Origin: Octopus sinensis
Lineage: Eukaryota
Assembly: GCF_006345805.1 (NCBI RefSeq)
Contig: NC_043025.1
Location: forward strand, 3,472,001-3,536,000
DNA length: 64,000 nucleotides
Direction of reading: 5' to 3'
The position numbers and the translations under genes were made by a program. Position 1 is the stretch's first letter; each line of letters opens with the position of its first letter. Below, one piece after another: positions 51,975 to 64,000 of the stretch. The notes below the pieces were generated by a model. That model was not told where the DNA came from. It did no database searches and was given only the letters and a program-made list of their open reading frames with translations.

Positions 51975-54900
51975 CTTCAAAACAGATTTTGGCTACAAGA
52001 TTCAATACAATCAATGATATTGTCCTCATCATTAATCATGTTTTCCATACTCTCATGTTTTAGATGGGTGGTCACTGTCCTGGTCAGCTCTTATTCGTTG
52101 GCTGAAGAATATCTCTCACTTAAAACAGTCCAGCTTTTCACTGGTGGCATGCCCTTCCTAACACCAACCACATTTTTGAAAGGCCCTGGGAGCATTTTAC
52201 TGTGGCCCAAGCAGTAAAACCTTTGTCATATCCTCAAGAAGATTTCAATGTTGTATGACTTGATCTGGCAAACTCTCATGGGCCTCTACCAAAGAAATTG
52301 TTGATAGAAGCAGTGGACTTCTTTTATACACTGGAGAACGTTGATGATCTAATGAGGGGCTTTTGTAACAATTTCAAGATGTGGCAGACATCGGAATGTT
52401 TCACAACAGACTGACATCGTCTTGAAATTGGAATTGCTGTAGGTTGCCAAAAGTCAGTCATCTGGCTTGTGTCTGTTACTTATATTAGCAGATTTCCCAG
52501 AAGAAATTGCTCAAATGGAATCACCTAAAATGGCAATGGTGGATGATATTACAATTCTAACATGAAATGAAGATGATATGCAAATATTTGTGGGTAGACT
52601 GTATGGATCAATCACTTGTTCAAGGAGGAGGTTTAAGGCAATTAATTAATGCATTCATTTGTCAAAGGACATGAGAAGCAAGTGAAGTTAGGAGTAGCAG
52701 GAGAAACGATTCCAAAAGTTAAAGACAAACATTTAAGAAGCTTAGGAATATGCTAAGGACCATGGTACGAACTAAGAATGGGTTAAAAGCAATAGTTAAG
52801 TCAAAAGCGCTGGACAAATACAAGATCTGGTGCTTGCAGCCTGGTCTGTATCCTCATCTTGCTTATAATGTTTTGAGTCTCATTTCTTCTGAACCATTTC
52901 AAGTAGTTTCAGTGCAATAATGCGAGGGTGAACAGATATATGTAGTTGATGAGGTTTTGTGCATGTGAACTGGGGGTTTTAAGACACCTGTCATCGTCTT
53001 CTGCTTTACCTAGGTAGAATTATCAGAGAAGCTGACTAGCATTGTAATGTCTTCAGATATTTCTTGAGTCAGAGAACATTCTGGTGAAGTGTGATGTGGT
53101 CAGTTAAAATTAAAAATTGCAACCAACAACCTTCAACAAAGAGATCAGGTGTGTGTTTATCCTACTTGAAGTAGTGTGTCATGTGTTTGTGGTAAGATCT
53201 TTGCAGAACCAACTTGGTTGACATTGGAATTAAGCAGGAAGAAGAATGCTGGTTAGTGAAGTCTAGAGACGTGAGGACAAGGCCATTGATTTGGCACAGA
53301 TATAAGAGAAGAAAGACAATACAAAAAAGAGAACATGACATCAAGTGATAATTAAATGTGATAATTACTAGATTATTTGAGAACGGAGGATATCTTAATC
53401 GGGAAATGAAGTTTAGGCCATTCTGGTGTGGACCTTAACATTGTGTCATTTGATGAGGTCACAATGCATAGTATAAAAATGCTGTCCAACACCATAGTGA
53501 CCACCAATTGACCGTTGATGATGTGAATAACAAGGACAAAATATAGACCATTGATAGGGAAAGAGAAATTAAAGTTTGATGTGTAAAATTTGGAAATATC
53601 TTATTTTCAGAGTCTGTAAAACTGGAGGCGATGCATCTCAATATAGTGGCAACGAAGTTAGGGAAGGACTGGCAATTTGTTGGTGAGCATTTAATACCTA
53701 ATTGATTTTTATAAATTTTGCCTTCACTTGAGCTTCTGTTTGTTAGAATGATTGAGAACAGTTTCCATTCTTTTAAATTCCAATTGAAAGTTTAACTGCA
53801 AAGTAATTCTAATGAAGAAACTTCCTAAAATCGAGGTTTGCATGGTTGGTAAAATGGATTAATTTGAAGCCACAAAAGATTTAATATTCTCTTTTAAAAT
53901 AGGGATCTAAAATATGTTGTTGTTTATGTACAAACAGGTGAGTTAATGTCAATGGTTTCGTTTCTTTAGATTTTTACTATGTTCACTGGTAGGTTGTTGT
54001 TGTCATGGTTGTGGTAGATATCTGCCTTAATCTTCAGAAGAAAAGTGTTCCGGGTGCGGCATCATTCTTTCTCTTAGGAGAAGAGGATCTCATTATCAAA
54101 TGCAACGTCGTTAACCCAAGAGTGTGCCTTTTGTGCGACATGTTGTAGCCCCTCCCCTGACCAGTTTTTTTTTACTTTTGTTATAGCCCCAGGTCAGCCT
54201 ATAGTCGTGTCTCTAAATTGACAGGCCCCATTTTTGATTGTTTTTGCGTGTGGATTGAACTCCGCGCTGTAAGTTAATGAAACAAAACACAAATTATAAA
54301 ACAAAACACAAATTATAAAACTATTACCTTGTTTTAAATTTTGAGGCTTAAAATTTGGCAAAAAGGTTTTGTAAGGGATTATACTGCTATCCATGTATAA
54401 GAAGCTCCCATACTTTTTTAACCTAATTTTTAACAAAAATTGGTTCCTTCACATGTTAAAATATGGTAAACTTAACTTGATTTCATTTCTTATTTGAAAT
54501 TCTTTCCTCACCCTTTACAATACAAATATCATTTAGAAATCATGAACATCACAATATTCCATTTCTCTTTGTGTGAATGGGTAAGAACAGAAAGTATGAT
54601 TTATACAAACTTCCCATTATTTATAGCAATGTCTTGTACCTGCCCATGGCACCTGTGTACATCTAAGTAGACTGTCCTATAGTGAGATGTATTTACCTGG
54701 GGTATTGAGCAGTTGACCCCTGACATAGGATGTCAACATAATATCCTCTCAGTCAGCTGATAGAATTGATTTATCTAAATTTAGAGAAGACATCATCTAT
54801 GACAATGTCGATTTCTTATATCCCTGGAAGTCATACAAAATGTACCGGTCATATACTGGGGTAAAATAAACTCCCTAATAATATTCATTATCATCATCTT

Positions 54901-57008
54901 AAGTCCATCTCTCCACACTTGTATGTGTTAGATGACTTCTCCCACAAATGCTGTGAACCTTTGTTACGTTTAACCTCTTGTTTTCTTCCATTTGGATATT
55001 CTGGCACTTCTTTATCCAATTTTCATCTTCCATACTCTTCCCATGACTGTACCATTTCTTCTCTTGTGCCCTATCTCTGATTCTACTGAGACCCAGTTTT
55101 TCTTCCAGCTCATCTTTTCTCCAGCATTCCAATACACTAACATTACACTTCTCGTGAAGTATTCTCACCTCATTTCTTGCCAGTTTTCATACATCCTCCA
55201 CATTCAATGCATCGCTGCACTTTACAAATATACATCATACAATCTACCCTTCATTCAGAAAGAGAATTCTTTATTTGTCAGTAGGGATAACAGCTCTATG
55301 TACATTTTGCCACCTCATTCTGTTCTCTAATCACCTTACTTTCAGAGTAGTCTCTCCCACTCCTAATTATGTCACCTAGGTAACAGAAACTCTCGTCCAT
55401 GCCTTTCACAGTTATTCTTACAACAAACTATTCCTGTATATCTACTACTCACAAACTCCTTCCTCTCCATCAACTTGCCTCTGACCCCACATCACCCATT
55501 GTGTGCATTGAATACACAGTATAGAATCCCTATTAACCCCTTCTACCTGCTTATGAAATATGGTAACTTCACTAGATGATGTAGAGGTTGGTAGATGCAG
55601 TGATTCCTTCAGGCCCTAAGCGTCTGCATGTGTATGGTGTAGATGGTGATGACTCCCGTCTTCTTTCCTACAAAACTAAAACTTTTCTCTTTGCTAGCTT
55701 TACTCTAAAACCTGTCCATTATCGGATTCTCTCTAAATTGTGGCATTGGTCCAGTAAAAGAAATCCTTATTACGAGTCATGAACCCAAAATGGTTAAGTT
55801 GGTGTCTTTTAAAATATGTGTTGTGTACTTGATAGCATTATATTTTGTATTTTGTGTAATTAAGGTCATTCTGGTGTCATGCTTACTTGTATTTTAATTG
55901 GTCCAGGTGTACCTAATATTACTGGTATTGATAGTTAAAGTTATTTCTAAATGTTGATATGTTTTAATTGTTAATTAGTGAGTGTAGGAGAAGTAGGAGA
56001 GACATCACTGATGACTATTCCAGGTATTGATCAGGTGATGATTCAAAGCAGCTGAAATGGGATTCCTTTAAATGGTCTCTGTTACTGAAAAGGAGGCGCA
56101 CGGCTCAGAGATTTGGGAGTCTCTCCAGGTTGAGCCACTATTTCCCTGCATTGAGGGGTCACAATTCCAGTTCTATGGACATGAGATTAGACTGTCACAA
56201 GAAAGAATTGCAAGACGGATTCTTTAAGCTGAGCCACTTGACCGGAGACCAAGGAATAGACCAAGAATGAGATTGTTGGATAATATCTAAAGTCTTAATT
56301 GGTCAAGCTTGAGAATCCAACTGGACAGTAAGATGAAAGTAACTTTGAAGGGGGTTCCCTGGCGACTCTACCCCCACAACCCTTTTATGAATAGAGGGTA
56401 GAGAATATGAATAGATGGATGAGATAATGTGACTCTTTGGGTGATATTAATTGATTCTTTAGGGTCTCATACGCTATTACCCACACAACATTTTCCCTGC
56501 CATCTCTTTACCAGAAATTCTCTCAAATATAATTTTCAATACTTTTTAAAACATTTCTCCATTTCAATCCTTTATTTCAATTTCTTTGTTATCTTTTAAT
56601 CATCATTCCTAGAAATAGAGAACAATGTCTAATATTTTTCATTTTTCTTACCTATTTTTTAATTTCTCTCCCGATATAATATTGTTGTTATAGTTATTAC
56701 AATCTGCAATATGCATCTCTTATTTTATTCTTAATGTTGTTGCAATTATTTATTATTTTTGTATGTTTTGCAGGAAGGGAATTAGGAATTAAACAAATTG
56801 AGCTGGACTTTATCATCATGACTATCCAAAAATACTAAAACAGATTTTCCAGATGCTCCACTATTGGTTCAAGAGATGTGATCGAAAGAAACACGAAACA
56901 CTCAGAAATGCTCTTAAGTCACGTCATTGTAAAGAGGCATTAACATATCTAGACTCAGTGAATTCCATGGAAATGTTTAGTCTCATGTCAACCAACAGTG
57001 ATCTATGA
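38718..57008 (+). CDS. Ankyrin-array / RING-HC / death-domain protein (Mind bomb-related), ~1,430 aa; exons 38718-38801, 39525-42840, 43474-43511, 46648-46857, 48880-49091, 50473-50615, 53611-53682, 56774-57008
   Basis: ATG at 38718 (MEFDENISK..), GT-AG introns with matching phases, TGA ending at 57008, AATAAA at 57192. The reconstruction requires correcting 1-nt indels at ~39775, ~43497 and ~56812. Confidence 0.85.
39525..42840 (+). repeat. Coding tandem array: 32 complete 102-bp (34-aa) ankyrin repeats in one exon
   Basis: Consensus TPLHRACVxGHTETVKHLLQHSDIDVNAKDSxxx. Period measured as 102 bp (39839 to 39941). The 1030-aa ORF equals 35 + 29x34 + 9 residues. Confidence 0.97.
43935..43984 (-). 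ncRNA. Type I hammerhead motif with canonical core and weak stem II, intronic
   Basis: caaaa-a-ctgt-CTGATGA-acggcaagga-GAAAC-tcaga-GTA-acag-a-ttttg. It lies downstream, on the same strand, of the PLE fragment at 45 kb; a 3'-half copy is at ~36110. Confidence 0.5.
45066..45430 (-). mobile_element. Penelope-like GIY-YIG C-terminal fragment (second family)
   Basis: TYTGASENSFKTRLYSH..TSLAKYVWELKE..WSIL..CQLCLLEK..LNQRSELMNLCRH. Confidence 0.85.
47912..48109. repeat. Hairpin: 77-bp arms (47912-47988 / 48033-48109), 44-bp spacer
   Basis: ataagggatggccataataggacatccgactcactagaaag... and its reverse complement, 2 mismatches; resembles the end of the 35-kb palindrome. Confidence 0.85.
50473..50615 (+). 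CDS. RING-HC (C3HC4) exon of the ankyrin gene
   Basis: CLLC-x10-PCEH-x3-CKDC-x8-CPEC. Confidence 0.92.
52250..52870 (+). mobile_element. Degenerate R2/NeSL-like RT fragment (intronic)
   Basis: HRLEIGIAVGCQKSVI, AMVDDITIL, KYKIWCLQPGLYP. Confidence 0.6.
53611..57008 (+). CDS. Death domain (two exons: 53611-53682, 56774-57008)
   Basis: LNIVATKLGKDWQFVGRELGIKQIELDF(I)HHDYPKILKQIFQMLHYWFKR..ETLRNALKSRHCKEALTYL matches the death-domain pattern (LGxDW..LGRxLG...I...YP....Q...ML..W). Confidence 0.85.
54890..55560 (-). mobile_element. RTE-like LINE 3' remnant
   Basis: ELEEKLGLSRIRDRAQEKKWYSHGKSMEDENWIKKC resembles the RTE C-terminus; short (tga)n tail. Confidence 0.6.
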
Positions 57009-59431
57009 TCAAACGCATTCCAGCCATGGCCATCCTGTCTTTATCCTTCATGTAGATGAGCCAGAAAAACATTGTCCAGTGTATTCTTCTTTAAGGTGAC
57101 AAAGTGTGAATTGTGGTGGATTTGACTACTACTTCTAGCAGATTATCTACCACAAAGAAATCCCTTTATTGGAGGTGATTATACACTTAAAAATAAATCC
57201 AAAATTTTAAAATCCAAAAATAAAACTGTGTTAAAAACTCTTGTCTTGTTGGAAATAATGACACAACATTTGTTTATTTTAATTCCATGTGACTGTAGAA
57301 AAGCCACAATGACCCCTTCTTTCCAAATAACATCGGATAATGGAAATGAACCCTTTTTTCCCTACAATATTTCATACAACTGGACTTTTATTGCATTTCA
57401 ATTTGCAATTAAATTCCAAGACTTTAACACCATCAACTCAGATGACATCCTAAGTAAAACACACGAAACCTCTGAGAAGGACTTCTTTTTGTCAATAAAA
57501 TCATGCGAGAGGAAACTCTCCTTTGCAAAATTAAGTGAAATGAAACAGGGTTTGGAATTGTAGTTTTCTGTGATAAGAGTTGTTCTGAAATTAAATATTT
57601 AAAAAATATTCAAATTAGATCAAAACTCTTTATTCTGAAATTAATATGTAATTAAAAATTATTTATGTTAAAACAAATTATTTTGTATCAAATTTCTTAT
57701 AAACTTATTCTAACTAAAGTGATAACAGTAACTTATTAATTAAAAGGTAAGGTCGGTTTTGGCAAGGTTCTTACAGCTGGATGTCCTTCACAGCACCAAC
57801 CACTCAGCAGAGTGAACTCAGTGCTTTTTATGTGGCACAAGCACAGGTGAGGTCAGTTTTGGCAAGGTTTTTACAGCTGGATACCCTTCCGAACACCAAC
57901 CACTTTACGGTGTGGACTTGGTGATTTTTTAAGTGGCACCTGCATTGAGAGGGTGACTAAGTACATGCATGACAAAAACATCTAAAAGGAGAGGAGGTGA
58001 TGATGAAAAGGTTATAATGAGACAGATATAGGCATCTTACTGAAGAGGAAGTACAAGGTTACCCGGCCGGAGAGAGAAAGTTCAAGAATGAAGACAGAAA
58101 CAGGTGTGCTATCACAAAGAAAATACACAGTTGCTCAACCTTAGCGAAGTGCAGGAGAGAGAGAGACAGAGAGAGAAAGAGAAAGAAAGAGAGAGAGTGT
58201 GCGGGGTAGGGTGGGGAGACAGCAGGGTGGAGATGATGGCAAAATGCTGGTCATGCTCACAAGGAACGGAGTTCAGAGTATAAATGAGATGGTTGAGTGA
58301 AGGAAGAGAGAGAAATATAAACAGCAGCAAGTGCCAGGGCATAGTCTTGAGGTTCAAATGCCATAATATAAGTGACCGGATATTGTGAAGGAAGAGCAAG
58401 TAAGTGGTGAAAGACCTGGGTATATATAAAGTAAGAAGGATCTACTGGATGGCAACGATGCATAGAAACACGGGGGTGAGGAGAGAACTGGGGAGTGAGG
58501 GCTAAGCAAGGAGAGAGAGAGAGCTAGGCAAGGGGAGAGATAGAGAGAGAGAGAGAGCTTGGCAAGGAGAGAGAGAGAGAGAGAGCTAGGCATAGTGAAT
58601 GAAGGAGGAAATGCTAGAAAGAGATGTAAATTGGTTTGTTGAGGTTGGGTGAAGGACACGTTTTCTTGTTACGTGTGGAACACCCAGGTCGGAGGCTGGC
58701 AGATGGCAATAATAGAGACATGGCATGTGGGTAGAACGCACAGGTCAGGGTCAAGCAGAGGGCAATGGTAAAGTGGCACCAGGTCAAGGGGACAAGATTG
58801 GGGAGTGGGAGGTAAGCATAGAGCATGAAGTAGAAATGTGAGGAATGATGTAGAGATGAGTTTGGTTCGTTGTGGCAGAAGTGTGAGAAGTTCTCTACAC
58901 AACGCTTCCAGAACTCAGTTTTGCTGATGTGGGTGGGTCTTCTCAAGGAATTCATATCGCCAGACATCTTGGTCCATTGTCATTTCCTCTGTGAGGGCCA
59001 GCTTCCTGAGATCAGTCCTAATCACTTGATGCCGTGTCTTCCTGGGTCTCCCTCTTCCACAGGTACCATCCACTTTCAATGATCAGCTCTTCTTTATGCA
59101 ACTGTCCTCATTCATACGCATCACATGTCCATTATAAGCAATGTAAATATTCTACAACAGATGATAATAATAATAATAATGAAATCAATGTATACAGTGC
59201 TCAGGTGCACCACAACTTGTCAAAAGTGCGTATAAAGCGTATAAAACATATCCTACTGATAGCAAGAGGTATTTTTCTGCGACATCCTTATAAGCACGTC
59301 AACACTTTCTACAGGGAGAAATTCCTATGTCAGAGAAATTCTGGAACTTCTGGCACTCTCATAACCTCGTTTGGTCCTCACAACTTGAATTTATTCCTAA
59401 GACCAACTGCTGCAACCAATTCATTTAATTC

Positions 59432-62400
59432 AGTTAGTTTCTCCATGCAACCAGAAAATCTGTACAACTTTAAACTTTAAACACATTAAACTAAATGTTT
59501 TAATGGCTATATATGAAAATACCTCACCACCTTCCTTCATCCATTCCACTTCATTATTGACTACCTCTACAATGCACATAAAAAATGATGGATGAAGCAA
59601 CGTTGTAGCATATTTTCTGCATCATGCGAATGATGCGGTGCTTGTGGCAGCGTATTTCAAAGCAACCCCAATAATCAATTTCAGTTATGCCATTTATTTT
59701 GTTTATTTATTTTGTAGTTGTTCTCTGATCTGTCATAATTCTCCTAATATTTGGTTTAGTGTATGGAGACTACTGTAAGCAAACATTATACTAAGTAGGA
59801 TCATACAAAGAAGGTGAACAGTGGGATGGCGTCACCTTCTAATGACTGCAGTAGGAGCAGCAGTTGAGAGGATTTTAAAGAAGATGAAAGAATTGTAACA
59901 GTGAAAGATGATAGATTTTGCAATACTAAATGTTCGTAGAATTGATATCAAAGAGAGCGAGTAAACAGAGATATCCGAAACTAATCAAAGATCTGAAGAA
60001 ATTGTGAAAGTGTGGGACACACACCTGTCTTATTAAAGCGTTTATGACAAGTCTCGTCAAATCTTTACATTTTTGAAGAATACACGATGCCAATTCATTC
60101 CAGTAACCATCGCTTTCTTAGAAAACAGTTTGGGTGTCGAAACAAGAACATCAATAATCACAGGAACAACTGTCAATAGTCTTTCACAATTTCTTCAGAT
60201 CTTTGATTAGTTTCGGATATCTCTGTTTACTCGCTCTCTTTGATATCAATTCTACCAACATTTAGTATAGCAAAATCTATCATCTTACACAGTTACAATT
60301 CTTTCATATTCTTTAGAATCCTCTCTAATGTTCTGGCTCAGTAGTATGGCAAGTCTTTATGAATAGACCCCATAATAGTCTGTAATTATTATTCTTTGTC
60401 ATACCCTCTGGCTTGCATTCATACCACTTTCTTGCTACTTTGTACCTGTCCGTTTTTGTTAAGTCCAAATTTTGTTGAGTCCCTTTACATTAAAAGCATA
60501 CTCTGGCAGGTCTTGTTTGCAGTTATTAAAAGGACAACGACAGGGTGGAGTCTGGTCTTCCACTTCATTGCCCTCTGAGCGTACCCTGTTGGTTGCAGTA
60601 GATCTGGTGTCTTGGACATCTAGGGGAGTTTTCCCGTTCGTACCGTTACTTGGGTTTGAAATTGTTATCGTTAATGCAAAGAATGGTAATAATTTCTTAC
60701 AGTTTTCTCCGTGGCTGTGTTTATTTGAGATTTTCATGAAAAGGGTTACCCCAGATACAACACCAGCTGTAACGTGATTGCCGGCCAAGGTTTTGGGACA
60801 CCAAGTTCGCCCTGTGTAATTTGCTGCAAGCCTCCCTCAAACGAAAGGTTACACCAGCGTATGCAAGGCAGAGGTGGCACCAATTGCCCACACTGTTCAC
60901 ATGGACATCCACATAAAGAATCCCACTATCTGATCTTTTCTTTTCTCTGCGATGTTAAGTGCGATTTGAAAGAGATGTAACTACTCTTTCTATCATGCCA
61001 AAAGACTTCCCAGAGAGTCCATTGCTCACTTGTAATTTCCTCGGTGAAGATTCAGCGTAAGAAAGATCATACTTTTTGTCCTTACTTCTGTAGTTCTAAT
61101 GCTTCATAAGGATATTTACGCTTTGTAGGATGGTTGGAAAACATATATGTGATTTGGTTGATGAATACTTGCTTTAATATTTGCAGCTTCAAATAAAAAT
61201 GTTCTAAGTATGAAACAATTGTACCGAATTACTGATCTATTCGTGTTACCTTTTTCTTGGCTATAATCACCCCAGATATTTTTATGGTTAATACCATAAA
61301 GAATTCTGGTGCATCTAAGTTAAGTACCATATTCATTTGAATTCATTTGAATCTTAATTGTTTCCCTGAAAAAACAAAATATTAAATTTTAAGCACATTA
61401 ATTTAAGACAATTCATTTCACGTTCCCCCAGTCAACTCAGCTTCCAAAAACGAGTATTACCTGCATTTCCAGGTGACGAGCTGGCTGAATTGTTAGCGTG
61501 CCGCGCGAAACGCCAAGCGGTATATCTTCTGTCTTCAAGTTCTGAGTTCAAATTCCGCCGAGGTTGACTTTACCTTTCATCCCTTCGGGGTCGATAAATT
61601 AAGTACCAGTGAAACTCCGGGGTCGATGTAATCGACTTAGTACCCCTCACCACAAAATCCAGGCTTTGTGCCTATAGTAAAAAAGGGATCTGTTTAAGCA
61701 TTAAATATATTTAAAAAGTCAAGGAAAATAAGAAAAAAATAATGTGGAGTGGGTGAGGATATTAGTTTTCTTGATTATCTGTCTTTCGTTTCTTCTTTCT
61801 TCAAGTATTTTTGCGGTGTTTTATCTTATTTTCTTACTGTCCAGCATTCTTGCTTTTCAAAATATATTTAAAGCATAAACAGAGGCTGAAAGGTTACTTT
61901 CTAATAAATGGCACATTTTGTAAATATGCCTGGTCAAGTATGATAAAATCTTGGAACTACTAGTAGCTCTTTCGGTTGTGTATTTAAATGGATATTTATC
62001 TCTCACTTGACGAGGGACTTTTTCTGCTGATTCTTCCTCTGTTGGATCTGTAAGCTATATACATATTTATATACTCTTCTTTTCTTTTACTTGTTTCAGT
62101 CATTTGACTGCGGCCATTCTGGAGCACATATGATATGATAATTTTAAAAGCTATCGCACTTACTTCTGCCGGCGGTAATTTTCCATTGATTTATTCTCTT
62201 TCTTTCATTTACAAACTCCCTGATGATATTTCTTGTATCTTTCTTGTATATACAATAGAATACGAAGATAAACATTCCTTGAAGTGTATTGAATATAGTA
62301 AAAAGATAATCAAACACGTTTGCTGCTTCACTAACAGCGAAGAAAGCAAAGACCCATGTGAGTCCAAGCCAAAACAGCAAACCAAACAGGCCCAAAACAC

Positions 62401-62792
62401 GTACTTTACTTCTTTCCTGCTCAGATCTCTTATTACTTTGCATCATTATAAGGTGCCAGATAACGAGAGAAGGCATGATAATGTTGAAGATGAGACTGAT
62501 CGCAACAGGAGCCAGGAAAGCAGCATAGAAAGATGGTGCGGACAACCAACAGCTACAAAGAAAATAGAAAGGCAATAAAGGAAAGAAATTTGTCAAATGT
62601 TCAGTCAATAAAATGAAATATCACAGAAGTATTAAGGGGAAGAGATTTCGATCCAAATCAAAACGAAAACATTTCTCATGTTTGCCACAAATTATGTACG
62701 TTAATGAGTAGAACATATTTTTTTGTATGTTACGATATCCAGACACACAGAAACAAAGACATACACGCACACACACATACATTTATACATGC

Positions 62793-62850
<58 letters not shown>

Positions 62851-63572
62851 CAGCTGAACGGACGCGCACGAAAGGTAAATATATTTTTTAAAACAGTTTA
62901 AGTAGTAAGCCTAGTTGATGGCAAAGTGCATGTCATTAGTGTATATATACTATTAATTTTTCTATCAGTAATTAAAACAGCACAAAGTGAGTTGGTTCTT
63001 TACGTGAAAATCTCTTTGATATCAATTCTACCAACATTTAGTATTGCAAAATCTATCATCTTTCACTGTTACAATTCTTTCATCTTCTTTAAAATCCTCT
63101 CAACTGCTGCTCCTACTGCAGTCATTAGAAGGTGACGCCATCCCACTGTTCACCTTCTTTGTATGATCCTACTTAGTATAATGTTTGCTTACAGTAGTCT
63201 CCATACACTAAACCAAATATTAGGAGAATTATGACAGATCAGAGAACAACTACAAAATAAATAAACAAAATAAATGGCATAACTGAAATTGATTATTGGG
63301 GTTGCTTTGAAATACGCTGCCACAAGCACCGCATCATTCGCATGATGCAGAAAATATGCTACAACGTTGCTTCATCGATCTGCAGGACTTGTTTTGTGCA
63401 TAGCAGTGATACCAATTTTTATGTGCATTGTAGAGGTAGTCAATAATGAAGAGGAATGGATGAAGGAAGGTGGTGAGGTATTTTCATATTTAGCCATTAA
63501 AAGTTTTACTTTAATGTGTTTTAGAGTTGTACAGATTTTCTGGTTGCATGGAGAGACTAACTATGAGTTTCT
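59432..63572. repeat. Inverted repeat pair 59432-59955 / 63011-63572 plus local foldback 59884-60010 / 60181-60307, made of R4-like LINE remnants
   Basis: 63011-63376 is the reverse complement of 59591-59955 with one mismatch seen; the outer ~150 bp are more diverged and include a 38-bp indel. A degenerate RLE C-terminus (VVPVIIDVLVSTPKL) lies on the minus strand near 60.1 kb. Confidence 0.88.
62144..62552 (-). CDS. Adhesion GPCR terminal exon (TM5-TM7 + C-tail)
   Basis: Polypyrimidine acceptor ttctattttctttgtAG, then c-TGT TGG: CWLSAPSFYAAFLAPVAISLIFN..LFGLLFWLGLTWVFAFF..YLFTIFNTLQGMFIFVFYC..; TAA at 62144-62146. Confidence 0.93.
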
Positions 63573-64000
63573 TTCATAATTTGGTTCTGAAGATGTAAGA
63601 ATGTGCTACAATTCTTTGGCAAAAAGTTCGCAGGATTCCTAGTCACCTTTGTACGTTTGTGCGTTTGACAAACGTTTTTTTCAATTAAAGGTTACTCGAA
63701 TATTTCATTAATTTAATGTCCATATATGTTTGGATAGTGAGGTATCATTTTTCATGTCTGTGCCGGGAAAAGTGTGTGTTTGTGTGTGTATGTGTGTGTG
63801 TGTGTATGTGTGTGTACGCACGAGTGCACGTGAGTGCTTCTGACTGCTTGCTTTAAACGGTCTGTGTAGACCTTATCTATATATGTACGTAATAGTTGGT
63901 GTCATGTTCATGCTTATGGTTGTAATATAGATAATATTGCTTGTGAGAAAAATTTCTTTCATATATGTTCGTATGTGTATGTATATAGAAGTATATATAT

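Noticed and set aside
62135-62578. 147-aa + strand ORF
   Set aside because: Antisense to the GPCR exon, no recognisable motif; it is not the missing + strand exon.

Overview
Eukaryotic, AT-rich, microsatellite-dense genomic DNA. The repeat content and gene types suggest an octopus or other cephalopod (inference), and there is a 100-N scaffold gap at 34513-34612. Two spliced genes were reconstructed by hand from GT-AG sites and codon phase. (1) An adhesion GPCR: seven + strand exons (2924-29678) encode GAIN, an intact GPS (HL/TSFAILM) and TM1-TM4. The only TM5-TM7 exon in the window (62144-62552) fits in phase but lies on the MINUS strand, between inverted repeats. (2) An eight-exon + strand gene (38718-57008, about 1,430 aa). 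It has 32 tandem 34-aa (102-bp) ankyrin repeats in one exon, then a Mind bomb-like terminal ankyrin segment, a RING-HC finger and a C-terminal death domain, with three single-base frameshifts. The rest is transposon-derived: R4/Dong-like and other non-LTR retrotransposons, Penelope-like elements (PLEs) with inverted ends, several long palindromes, two defective mariners and tRNA-derived SINEs. There are also minimal hammerhead ribozyme motifs, including a U3-A8 compensated core variant in two unrelated sequence contexts. All calls were made by eye, with no database searches.
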